This document shows, piece by piece, positions 50,747 through 59,827 of a DNA stretch of 64,000 bases; within the stretch, counting starts at the first letter, position 1; the number at the start of each line of letters is the position of its first letter. The notes below the pieces were generated by a model that had not been told where the DNA came from, searched no databases, and saw nothing but the letters and a program-made list of their open reading frames with translations. The stretch lies in contig CAMMVE010000001.1 of NCBI GenBank assembly GCA_946500265.1, forward strand, positions 99 to 64,098. The letters run 5' to 3'. The position numbers were made by a program, and so were the translations under genes. This DNA is from an uncultured Clostridium sp. (GTDB lineage: Bacteria; Bacillota; Clostridia; TANB77; CAG-508).

Positions 50747-52450
50747 ATGGAAAAAGAAATTTTAGAGATTAGAGATTTAAAAGATATGTTAAATAAAACA
50801 AAGGAGCTTTATGGAGATAGACCTGGATATAATATAAAAGTTGGAGAAGGAAAATATAAAGTATATACTCATAAAGAAATAAGAGATATGATAGATTATC
50901 TTGGAACAGCATTAATTGATTTAGGATTAAAGGGTAAAAGAATTGCTGTAATAGGAGAAAATAGATATGAGTGGGAACTTGCATACTTATCAGTTGTATG
51001 TGGTACAGGAATTGTAGTTCCAATTGACAAGTCTTTACCTGCAAATGAATTGGAAGAGGTAATAGAAAGATCAGAAGTAGAAGCAATATTCTATTCTAAA
51101 AAATATGAAGAGATTATAGAAAAAATAAAATATAGTGAGAAAAACAAATTAAAACATTTAATATCTATGGATTTGGATTCTAATATAGAAGGAATCTATT
51201 CACAAAAGGAATTAATAGAAACAGGTAGAAAATTGGTAGAACAAGGAAATAGAGAATTCATAGATGCAAAGATAAATCCAGAAGAGATGAATATTATGCT
51301 ATTTACTTCAGGAACAACATCAAAATCAAAAGTAGTAGCATTATGCCATAGAAATTTAGTATCTAATTTAATGGATTTCGCATCTGTATTAGATATAAAT
51401 TCAAATGATAGAATATTATCATTTTTACCATTGCATCATGTTTTTGAATGTACAGTGGGAATGCTATATTCATTATACATAGGAGCAGAAAGATCTTTCT
51501 GTGAAGGAATTAGACATATTGTAGAAAATTTGAATGAATACAAAATAACATTTGCTTCATTTGTTCCAGCAATTTATGAAAGCATGTATAAGACTATATT
51601 AAAAACACTTGAAAAAGAGGGCAAGCTTGAAGCTGTTAAAAAATTAATGCAAGAAAATAGAAATAAAACAATGGAAGAAAAGAAAGCTATTTTCAAAGAT
51701 ATTCACCAAATTTTTGGTGGACATGTAAGACTATTTGTTAGTGGAGCAGCAGCATTAGACCCAGAAGTAGAAAATGCATTTAGAGACTGGGGAGTTAATT
51801 TGTGCCAAGGATATGGATTAACAGAAACTTCTCCAGTTATAGGTGTCGAAACAGACGAAAACTTTAGAGTAGGCTCAATAGGAAAGCCTCTTCCACATAT
51901 ACAAGCTAAAATAGAAGATGCAAACGAAGAAGGAATGGGAGAACTTGTTGTAAAAGGACCAAACATTATGCTTGGATATTATGGCGATGAAGAGGCAACA
52001 AAAGAGGTTCTACAGGACGGATGGTTTGCTACGGGAGATTTAGCAAAAATAGACGAAGATGGATATATATTTATTTGTGGAAGAAAGAAAAGCGTTATTG
52101 TTTTGAAGAACGGAAAAAATATTTTCCCAGAAGAGATGGAAAATTTAGTAAACAAAATTGAGGGCGTAAAGGAATCTTTCATATTTGGAAAACAACAGTC
52201 AGATGATAAAGAAGATATAAAGATAAATGTAAAAATTGTATTTGATAGAGAAATTATGAAAGAAGCATATAAGGTAGAAAGCGATGAAGAAATAGGTAAA
52301 GTGTTATCTGATAAAATAAAAGATATAAATGCTATAATGCCAAAATATAAAGCAATAAGGGGTATGTTGATTTCTGAAGAACCATTAATTAAAACAACAA
52401 CAAATAAAATTAAAAGGCAAGCAAATTTGGACGCAATACAAAATATGTAA
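50747..52450 (+). CDS. AMP-dependent synthetase / long-chain fatty-acid--CoA ligase
   Basis: MLFTSGTTSKSKVV AMP-binding motif, GYGLTETSP, TGDLAKIDEDGYIFICGRKK. Confidence 0.85.
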   Translation: MEKEILEIRDLKDMLNKTKELYGDRPGYNIKVGEGKYKVYTHKEIRDMIDYLGTALIDLGLKGKRIAVIGENRYEWELAYLSVVCGTGIVVPIDKSLPANELEEVIERSEVEAIFYSKKYEEIIEKIKYSEKNKLKHLISMDLDSNIEGIYSQKELIETGRKLVEQGNREFIDAKINPEEMNIMLFTSGTTSKSKVVALCHRNLVSNLMDFASVLDINSNDRILSFLPLHHVFECTVGMLYSLYIGAERSFCEGIRHIVENLNEYKITFASFVPAIYESMYKTILKTLEKEGKLEAVKKLMQENRNKTMEEKKAIFKDIHQIFGGHVRLFVSGAAALDPEVENAFRDWGVNLCQGYGLTETSPVIGVETDENFRVGSIGKPLPHIQAKIEDANEEGMGELVVKGPNIMLGYYGDEEATKEVLQDGWFATGDLAKIDEDGYIFICGRKKSVIVLKNGKNIFPEEMENLVNKIEGVKESFIFGKQQSDDKEDIKINVKIVFDREIMKEAYKVESDEEIGKVLSDKIKDINAIMPKYKAIRGMLISEEPLIKTTTNKIKRQANLDAIQNM

Positions 52451-52462
52451 TAAAAGCCATGA

Positions 52463-52564
52463 AGATATCTCATAGGAAATTATAGATTTATATGCGAGAT
52501 ACAAGATGATGAAGTTATAGTGTTGGTATTAGAAGTTGGGCATAGAAGAGAAATATATAAATAA
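52463..52564 (+). pseudogene. C-terminal remnant of a second RelE/ParE toxin gene
   Basis: [33 protein letters not shown] then a stop; no start codon, and a stop codon lies directly upstream. Confidence 0.6.
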
Positions 52565-52586
52565 AAAATATTAATGGGAGAAATTT

Positions 52587-53138
52587 ATGGAAAAAGATAA
52601 AATATTGAACATAATATCCGGAGTGCTATTTTATTATATTATGCTGAAAATCTTTTATTATTTGATGATGTTTGCATCATTTGGCAACATAGGAAAATTT
52701 TCAGGTATATTATTTTTTATTTGCTATATTATTTTACCACTTGTAGTTTTGGCAATGCCATTAATTATAAAATTCAAATTTAACAAGAAATTTTATGAGG
52801 CGATTATAAATAGCGTGTGTGTTGCAATTATCTATTTTCAGCTTCTAGGCATAATATCATATGGAATATCAGAATATTTTAGTACATTTTCAACTTACAA
52901 ATGGAGCAATGAAAACTGGCATGGATATAGAAGGCAGATGGTTGAGGACTTAGAGGAAAAATATGATTTTGGAGGAATGACAAAAGAAGAAGTACGTGAA
53001 ATTTTAGGTAGAGGAGATGTAGAAAGATACGGAGATGATGGAACTTATTCAATGGGATATCGTATGAGTGACGGAATTATGTATTATGTATTTTTTGATG
53101 AAAATGGTGTAGTAATAGATGCGAGAGAAGTCGCATAA
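52587..53138 (+). CDS. Hypothetical membrane protein with small soluble C-terminal domain
   Basis: 183-aa ORF with 3-4 TM helices. Confidence 0.55.
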   Translation: MEKDKILNIISGVLFYYIMLKIFYYLMMFASFGNIGKFSGILFFICYIILPLVVLAMPLIIKFKFNKKFYEAIINSVCVAIIYFQLLGIISYGISEYFSTFSTYKWSNENWHGYRRQMVEDLEEKYDFGGMTKEEVREILGRGDVERYGDDGTYSMGYRMSDGIMYYVFFDENGVVIDAREVA

Positions 53139-53184
53139 GGGAAGTTTTCGGCTAAGCCGGGGGATAATTACTCTTTTTAGTATT

Positions 53185-53219
53185 AAATAGACTATGTTTT
53201 CTCATAGTCTATTTTTTTT
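53185..53219 (+). terminator. Rho-independent terminator
   Basis: AAATAGACTATG TTTTCT CATAGTCTATTT followed by a T-run. Confidence 0.7.
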
Positions 53220-53230
53220 ATAAAAAACTA

Positions 53231-53285
53231 TTGACAATTGAATAGACATTCAACTATAATATACTAAAGTTGAATATCTATTCAA
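53231..53285 (+). promoter_or_regulatory. Promoter with two ArsR/SmtB-type palindromic operators
   Basis: TTGACA (53231), 18-nt spacer, TATAAT (53255). Operators: TTGAATAGACATTCAA inside the spacer and the perfect 7-2-7 TTGAATATCTATTCAA at 53270-53285. Confidence 0.65.
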
Positions 53286-53343
53286 TTATTTAAACATTAA
53301 AAACTATAGAAAATTTGATTAAGTAAAGGAGATGAATTAAAAT

Positions 53344-53709
53344 ATGTCAAAGAATGAATTTATATGTGACTGTAATATAATCCATGAAGATGTAGTAAAC
53401 AGAACACTTGCAAAAATGCCAGAACAAGATGTATTTAATAAATTAGCAGAATTTTTTAAAATTATTGGTGATACTACTAGAACAAAAATTCTATTTGCAT
53501 TAGATGAGAACGAAATGTGTGTATGTGATATAGCAAATGTGTTAGGTATGAGTAAATCTTCTATATCACATCAATTAGGAACATTAAGAAGAATGGGTAT
53601 TGTAAAATGTAGAAGAGATGGAAAAGAAGTGTATTATATGCTTGATGATGAACATGTAAAACAAGTATTTGAAGTGGGAGTAGAGCATATTGAACATAGA
53701 AACAATTAA
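53344..53709 (+). CDS. ArsR/SmtB family metalloregulator
   Basis: ..TRTKILFAL..EMCVCDIANVLGMSKSSISHQLGTLR.. Confidence 0.85.
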   Translation: MSKNEFICDCNIIHEDVVNRTLAKMPEQDVFNKLAEFFKIIGDTTRTKILFALDENEMCVCDIANVLGMSKSSISHQLGTLRRMGIVKCRRDGKEVYYMLDDEHVKQVFEVGVEHIEHRNN

Positions 53710-53729
53710 TTAGAAAGGAATATATTTTT

Positions 53730-55577
53730 ATGAAAAAAGATGTAATTAAAATTTTAATTGCTTTAGCATTGTTTTTAATTGCTATGGTAATCAAATTTGA
53801 AAATGAATGGATAAATAACGGTATATTTATTGTCAGCTATATTATTGTCGGTTTTGAAATTTTGCGAAAAGCAGTGAGAAGCATTTTTAGAGGAAAGGTT
53901 TTTGATGAAAATTTTCTAATGTCCATAGCAACTTTAGGAGCATTTGCAATAGGAGAATTTCCAGAGGCAGTGGCTGTAATGCTATTTTATCAAGTGGGAG
54001 AATTATTCCAAGACTATGCTGTAGATAAATCTAGAAAATCTATTGCAAGTTTAATGGATATTAGACCAGATTATGCAAATATAATTAGAGATGGAAAAGA
54101 AGAAAAAGTAGATCCAAGTGAAGTAAATATAGGAGATACTATAATTATAAAACCTGGTGAAAAAGTTCCGCTAGATGGAGTGGCTATTGATGGAAAAACT
54201 ACATTGGATACAAAAGCATTAACAGGTGAATCTGTACCAAGAGGAGTAGAAGTAGGAGACCAAGTACTTAGTGGTTGTATTAACTTAAACGGTGTTATAA
54301 AAGTAAAAGTAACAAAAGAATATGGAGAATCAACTGTAAGTAAGATATTAGATTTAGTTGAAAATGCTAGTAGTAAGAAAGCAAAATCGGAAAACTTTAT
54401 TACAAAATTTGCTGCATATTATACACCAATTGTAGTAATTATAGCAATCATACTTGCAATTGTGCCACCGCTAATCATAGAAGGTGCAAACTTTCAAGAC
54501 TGGTTATATAGAGCATTATCATTCTTAGTGGTATCTTGTCCATGTGCATTAGTAATATCAATACCATTAAGTTTCTTTGGAGGAATTGGAGGAGCATCTA
54601 AAATGGGAGTACTTGTGAAAGGTAGTAACTATTTAGAAGCATTATCAAATGCAGAAATAATGGTGTTTGATAAAACTGGCACATTAACAGAAGGAGTTTT
54701 TGAAGTACAAAATGTTGAATCAATTGGAATTAGTAAAGAAGAGTTATTAAAAATTGCAGCTTATGCAGAATATTATTCTAATCATCTAATTTCAAAATCC
54801 ATAAAAAAGTCATATAACAAAGAAATTGACGAAAAAGAAATCATAGATTCGAAAGAAATTTCCGGAAAGGGAATTGAAGCAAAAATAGGTAATCAAGATG
54901 TACTTGCAGGAAATGAAAAATTAATGAATGAAAAAGGTATTGAATATACAAAATGCACACATGTTGGAAGTGTTGTATATGTTGCAATAGATGGAAAATA
55001 TGTTGGACATATCGTAATTGCAGATAAAATAAAAGAAGATGCAAAAAGAACAATAGAAGAGCTAAGAAAAAATAATATAAAAGAAACTGTAATGCTAACA
55101 GGAGATAGAAAAAATATAGGAGAAGCAGTTGCTAAAGAATTAGGAATAGACAAAGTTTATGCAGAATTATTGCCAGATGGAAAAGTAGAAAAAGTAGAAG
55201 AGCTATTAAAAACAAAATCACCAAAGGGCAAGCTAGCATTTGTAGGAGATGGAATTAATGATGCACCAGTACTTGCTATGGCAGATATAGGAATAGCAAT
55301 GGGAGGACTGGGAGCAGATAGCGCTATAGAAGCAGCTGATATAGTAATTATGACAGACCAACCATCAAAAATAATAAGTGCAATAAAATTGTCAAAAAAG
55401 ACAATGAGAATAGTAAGAGAAAACATTATATTTGCAATAGCTGTTAAAGTTTTAGTTTTAATACTAACTGCAGTAGGATTATCTAGCATGTGGCAAGCGG
55501 TATTTGCAGATGTGGGTGTTTCAGTTATCGCAATACTAAATGCATTGAGAGCCTTGAGAGTGAAGAATATAAAATAA
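53730..55577 (+). CDS. Heavy-metal-translocating P1B-type ATPase (no N-terminal metal-binding domain)
   Basis: CPC in the TM helix (VVSCPCALVIS), DKTGTLT, TGD, GDGINDAP. Confidence 0.9.
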   Translation: MKKDVIKILIALALFLIAMVIKFENEWINNGIFIVSYIIVGFEILRKAVRSIFRGKVFDENFLMSIATLGAFAIGEFPEAVAVMLFYQVGELFQDYAVDKSRKSIASLMDIRPDYANIIRDGKEEKVDPSEVNIGDTIIIKPGEKVPLDGVAIDGKTTLDTKALTGESVPRGVEVGDQVLSGCINLNGVIKVKVTKEYGESTVSKILDLVENASSKKAKSENFITKFAAYYTPIVVIIAIILAIVPPLIIEGANFQDWLYRALSFLVVSCPCALVISIPLSFFGGIGGASKMGVLVKGSNYLEALSNAEIMVFDKTGTLTEGVFEVQNVESIGISKEELLKIAAYAEYYSNHLISKSIKKSYNKEIDEKEIIDSKEISGKGIEAKIGNQDVLAGNEKLMNEKGIEYTKCTHVGSVVYVAIDGKYVGHIVIADKIKEDAKRTIEELRKNNIKETVMLTGDRKNIGEAVAKELGIDKVYAELLPDGKVEKVEELLKTKSPKGKLAFVGDGINDAPVLAMADIGIAMGGLGADSAIEAADIVIMTDQPSKIISAIKLSKKTMRIVRENIIFAIAVKVLVLILTAVGLSSMWQAVFADVGVSVIAILNALRALRVKNIK

Positions 55578-55745
55578 GTACAAAAAATAAAAATTACTTC
55601 ATATAAAAAAATGTGATAAAATATAAAAAGAGTATTGACTTGAAGTTTACTTTAAGTGATATATTTATTAAATGATAAAATTATTAAAATGTATAGAACA
55701 ATTTTGTTAAAATTATACATGAAAATAAAAAAGGAGGCATGATTT

Positions 55746-56633
55746 ATGGAAAAATCAAAAGTTTATTTTACAAAGGAAATAACACCAGAAAGTGTTGTAA
55801 AGATGTATGAGACATTGGGAATTAGCTTGCCAGGTAAGGTTGCAATAAAATTACATTCAGGAGAAAAAGGAAATCAAAATTATATTAGACCTGAATTTGT
55901 TAGACCAATTGTAAAAAAATTAAATGCTACGGTTGTAGAATGTAATGCTGCATATGGAGGAGCTAGAAATACAACAGAAAAGCATAAGAAACTAATTGAA
56001 GAACATCATTGGACTAAATACTTTGATGTAGATATTATGGATGAAGAAGGACCGGATGTTGAACTTGATATACCAAATGGAAAAGTTTTGAAAAAAGACT
56101 TTGTAGGAAAGCATATTAATAATTATGATTCTATGTTGGTACTTTCACATTTTAAAGGACATCCAATGGGAGGCTATGGAGGAGCATTGAAACAATTATC
56201 TATAGGAGTAGCTTCATCAGAGGGAAAATCTTGGATACATTCTGCTGGCCAGTCTAAAGACCAATATACAATATGGAACAATTTGCCAGAACAAGACTTG
56301 TTCTTAGAATCAATGGCAGATGCTGCATCAAGTGTAGTAAAACATTTTAAAGGAAATATCGCTTTTATTAATGTGATGTGTAACCTTTCAGTAGACTGTG
56401 ACTGCTGTGCGGTTGCAGAAGATCCATGCATGAAAGATATAGGAATATTAGCAAGTTTAGACTCAATAGCAATAGATCAAGCTTGTATAGATTTAGTATA
56501 TAACTCAAAAGACCCAGGAAGAGATCATTTTGTAGAAAGAGTAGAAAGACAGCATGGAATCCATACAATAGAAGCAGCAGCTGAATTGGGATTTGGAACT
56601 AGAGAATATGAGCTAATTGATATAGATAAATAG
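55746..56633 (+). CDS. DUF362-domain protein
   Basis: 295 aa; ..HFKGHPMGGYGGALKQLSIG.. and a CNLSVDCDCC Cys cluster. Confidence 0.6.
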   Translation: MEKSKVYFTKEITPESVVKMYETLGISLPGKVAIKLHSGEKGNQNYIRPEFVRPIVKKLNATVVECNAAYGGARNTTEKHKKLIEEHHWTKYFDVDIMDEEGPDVELDIPNGKVLKKDFVGKHINNYDSMLVLSHFKGHPMGGYGGALKQLSIGVASSEGKSWIHSAGQSKDQYTIWNNLPEQDLFLESMADAASSVVKHFKGNIAFINVMCNLSVDCDCCAVAEDPCMKDIGILASLDSIAIDQACIDLVYNSKDPGRDHFVERVERQHGIHTIEAAAELGFGTREYELIDIDK

Positions 56634-56653
56634 GATTATGCAAATTCAATGTG

Positions 56654-56681
56654 CCAAAAGGTGGGGACAGCCCCCTTTTGG
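56654..56681. repeat. Family-1-type hairpin
   Basis: CCAAAAGG TGGGGACAGCCC CCTTTTGG. Confidence 0.6.
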
Positions 56682-56716
56682 TAATCTGGGTAATTTGATA
56701 TAAAGGAGCAAGATAC

Positions 56717-57961
56717 ATGAAAACATTATACTTTGACTGCTCAAGTGGAATTAGTGGGAATATGACACTTGGAGCATTGTTAGAAATTGTTGGAGATGAC
56801 AACTATCTATTAAATGAATTAAAAAAGTTAAATATAGATGGATACAGAATAGAAATTTCAAAAAAGGTCAAGAATGGTATAACGGGAAAATATGTTGATG
56901 TCATTTTAGAAGATGATGACCACCATCACGAACATGAACATGGACATGACCACCACCATGACCACGAGCATGAACATAATCACGAGCATCACCACGACCA
57001 CGAACACTACCATCATGAGCATAGAAACTTAAATGATGTGAATGAAATAATAGATCAAAGCTCAATTGATGATAAAAGCAAGGACTTAGCAAAAAGAATT
57101 TTCTTAAGAGTTGCAAAAGCAGAATCAAAAGTACATAATAAATCTTTAGAAGAAGTTCATTTCCATGAGGTAGGAGCTATTGATTCTATTGTTGATATTG
57201 TAGGAGCGGCGATATTAATTAATAAAATAAATCCTGATAAAATATTGTCAAGCATTGTAAATGACGGATACGGATTTATAGAATGTGCACATGGTACAAT
57301 GGCAGTTCCAGTACCTGCAACAAGTGAGATTTTTGCATCTTCTAATGTGAAGTTTAGACAAATTGATGTTGATACAGAACTTGTAACTCCAACAGGTGCA
57401 GCAATTATAGCAGAGCTTGCTGAAGAATTTACTACACTTCCAGCAATGGTTACAGAAAAAATAGGTTGGGGAGCTGGATTTAAAGATTTGAAGATACCTA
57501 ATGTTTTGAAAGTTTACTATGGAGAAACGGAAAAACAAAACGAAAGCATTGTGGTAATGGAAACAAATGTAGACGACTGTAGTGGTGAGGTTTTAGCATA
57601 TACATCAGAAAAATTATTTGAAAATGGTGCGTTAGATGTATTTTACACTCCAATTTTTATGAAAAAAGGTAGACCTGCGTATAGATTATCTGTAGCATGT
57701 AGAAAAGAGAATATGTTCGTTTTGCAAAATATTATGTTTAAGGAAACAACAACAATAGGAATTAGATATAGATTTGAAAATAGAACAGAGTTAGGAAGAG
57801 AAAACATAGAAATTGATACTAAATATGGCAAAATTAAAGCTAAAAAGGTAACAAATAATGGAGAAACATATGTATATCCAGAATATGAAAGCTTAAAGGA
57901 AATCGCGCAAAAGAATGACATCCCTTTGAAGGAATTGTATAAATTAGAAGAATTAAAATAA
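56717..57961 (+). CDS. larC: LarC-family nickel insertion protein (DUF111) with His-rich insert
   Basis: MKTLYFDCSSGISGNM.., HFHEVGAIDSIVDIVG; His-rich insert EDDDHHHEHEHGHDHHHDHEHEHNHEHHHDHEHYHHEH. Confidence 0.85.
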   Translation: MKTLYFDCSSGISGNMTLGALLEIVGDDNYLLNELKKLNIDGYRIEISKKVKNGITGKYVDVILEDDDHHHEHEHGHDHHHDHEHEHNHEHHHDHEHYHHEHRNLNDVNEIIDQSSIDDKSKDLAKRIFLRVAKAESKVHNKSLEEVHFHEVGAIDSIVDIVGAAILINKINPDKILSSIVNDGYGFIECAHGTMAVPVPATSEIFASSNVKFRQIDVDTELVTPTGAAIIAELAEEFTTLPAMVTEKIGWGAGFKDLKIPNVLKVYYGETEKQNESIVVMETNVDDCSGEVLAYTSEKLFENGALDVFYTPIFMKKGRPAYRLSVACRKENMFVLQNIMFKETTTIGIRYRFENRTELGRENIEIDTKYGKIKAKKVTNNGETYVYPEYESLKEIAQKNDIPLKELYKLEELK

Positions 57962-58012
57962 AAATTCAAGAAAGAAGAGAATGTAAAACTAAAATAGAAA
58001 GGATAATTTACT

Positions 58013-58444
58013 ATGGAAGAACAAAATAAAAATGAAAATCATGGGGGAATGTTTGGAATAGGCGAACCAAATACTGCTTTTGCACAATACTTTATAGGAA
58101 ATTCTTATTTAAAACCGCTAACTAAACCAGGAGCTTCTGTTGTATCAATTGCTAATGTTACATTTGAACCAGGATGTAGAAATAATTGGCATATACATCA
58201 TGCTACAAAAGGTGGAGGACAAATACTTGTATGTGTTGAAGGAGAAGGCTGGTACCAAGAAGAAGGAAAGCCTGCACAAAGTTTACAACCAGGAGATGTA
58301 ATAACAATACCAGCAAATGTGAAACATTGGCATGGAGCAAAAAAAGATTCATGGTTTAGTCATTTAGCAGTAGAAGTGCCAGGAGAAGATACTTCTAATG
58401 AATGGTGTGAACCTGTAACAGATGCAGAATATGAAAAATTATAA
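58013..58444 (+). CDS. Cupin-domain protein
   Basis: FEPGCRNNWHIHH.. and ..NVKHWHGA cupin motifs. Confidence 0.7.
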   Translation: MEEQNKNENHGGMFGIGEPNTAFAQYFIGNSYLKPLTKPGASVVSIANVTFEPGCRNNWHIHHATKGGGQILVCVEGEGWYQEEGKPAQSLQPGDVITIPANVKHWHGAKKDSWFSHLAVEVPGEDTSNEWCEPVTDAEYEKL

Positions 58445-58513
58445 TTGAAATAATAACAGAACATGTGTTATAATTACTTTATTCTCAAAATTAAAACACA
58501 GGAGGCTAGCACT

Positions 58514-58954
58514 ATGATTTACACTGAACAAACTAAGAAAGCCATGATAATTGCATATAATGCTCATCATGGACAAGTTGATAAATTTGGAGTTCCATAT
58601 ATTTATCATCCTATCCATCTGGCAGAGCAAATGCAAACTGAAGAAGAATGCATTGCAGCACTTCTTCATGACACAGTCGAGGATACCACTGTTACGTTTG
58701 AGATGTTGGAAAAGGAATTTCCAGCTTGTGCTGCGGTTGAAGCAATAAAATTGCTTACGCGTGATAAGGCCGTTCCATATTTGGATTATGTAAAGAATCT
58801 AAAAAGTAATCCGATAGCTAGGAAAGTAAAGTTGGCAGATTTAAGACATAATAGTGATATGTCTAGGCTTCCAAATCCTACTGAAAAGGACTGGAAGAGA
58901 AAAGAAAAGTACGAAAAGGCAATTCAAATTTTGATTGATGACTGTGAAAATTAA
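58514..58954 (+). CDS. HD-domain (RelA/SpoT-type hydrolase-like) protein
   Basis: AHHGQVDKFGVPYIYHPIHLA, LLHDTVEDT; AGGAGG before ATG 58514. Confidence 0.75.
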   Translation: MIYTEQTKKAMIIAYNAHHGQVDKFGVPYIYHPIHLAEQMQTEEECIAALLHDTVEDTTVTFEMLEKEFPACAAVEAIKLLTRDKAVPYLDYVKNLKSNPIARKVKLADLRHNSDMSRLPNPTEKDWKRKEKYEKAIQILIDDCEN

Positions 58955-58963
58955 ACCTGTACA

Positions 58964-58993
58964 AAAATAGAGGCTATAATAGTCTCTATTTTT
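58964..58993 (+). terminator. Rho-independent terminator
   Basis: AATAGAG GCTATAATAGT CTCTATT followed by TTTT. Confidence 0.55.
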
Positions 58994-59130
58994 GTATCTA
59001 CCAATATAAATAATTATAAAATCTTTAACTTATTTATCTAATAAAAAACATTAAAATAGTTTATTTTTTAGAATTATTCTGATAGAATACAGATGACAAT
59101 ATTAAATGTAATTTTAATGTAGAAACAAAG

Positions 59131-59781
59131 GTGAAATTCATGAAAGAAAAAATAAAAAATTTTATAAAGAAAAATTATAAAGCAATTATCTGCATAGTAT
59201 GTTTAATTGGATTTTTAATACTGGCAGAAAATATATTTGAGAAAGAAATGGAATTCCTAGATAATTCAGGATATCATATAGTATCACATTACTTGATTTC
59301 AGAAAGCTTTACGCCAATAGCAATATTTATTACGAATCTAGGGGGAACATTCTTTTCAATTGCACTAACTGTGATATTATTTATTGTAATAAAGAACAAA
59401 AAAGTTCCTTTGACAATATTTATCAATTTGTGTTGTGCAATCATTTTAAATATATTATTGAAAAATATCGTTCAAAGACCAAGACCAATAGGATTCAGGT
59501 TAATAGAAGAAACAGGCTATAGTTTTCCATCAGGACATTCAATGGTAAGCATGGCATTTTATGGCTATTTGATATACTTGATTTATAAAAATGTAAAAAA
59601 CAAATATTGGAAATGGCTAGGAATTATAGGCTTAAGCATTTTAATCATTGCAATAGGAGTAAGTAGAATATATTTAGGAGTACATTATACTAGTGATGTA
59701 ATAGCTGGATTTTTAGTTTCAATAGCATATTTAATTGTGTTTATAAAAGTAACATACAATATGACAGAATTAAACAAATAA
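59131..59781 (+). CDS. PAP2-family phosphatase (membrane); the start may be ATG 59140
   Basis: KNIVQRPRP, PSGHS, SRIYLGVHYTSD motifs. Confidence 0.85.
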   Translation: MKFMKEKIKNFIKKNYKAIICIVCLIGFLILAENIFEKEMEFLDNSGYHIVSHYLISESFTPIAIFITNLGGTFFSIALTVILFIVIKNKKVPLTIFINLCCAIILNILLKNIVQRPRPIGFRLIEETGYSFPSGHSMVSMAFYGYLIYLIYKNVKNKYWKWLGIIGLSILIIAIGVSRIYLGVHYTSDVIAGFLVSIAYLIVFIKVTYNMTELNK

Positions 59782-59827
59782 GTTATTAATCTATTATCAA
59801 GAAAATTGAAAATAAGAGGAGATATAA

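Noticed and set aside
55640-55670. MerR-type operator in the DUF362 promoter (TTGACTTGAAGTTTACTTTAAGTGATAT)
   Set aside because: The dyad CTTGAAGT/ACTTTAAG is imperfect. The -10 element is unclear, and no adjacent MerR gene supports it.
56907-57017. CAT/CAC/GAA-rich pseudo-repeat as a microsatellite
   Set aside because: It is in frame within larC and encodes the His-rich tract. The codons are irregular, so it is coding low complexity and not a slippage-prone repeat.
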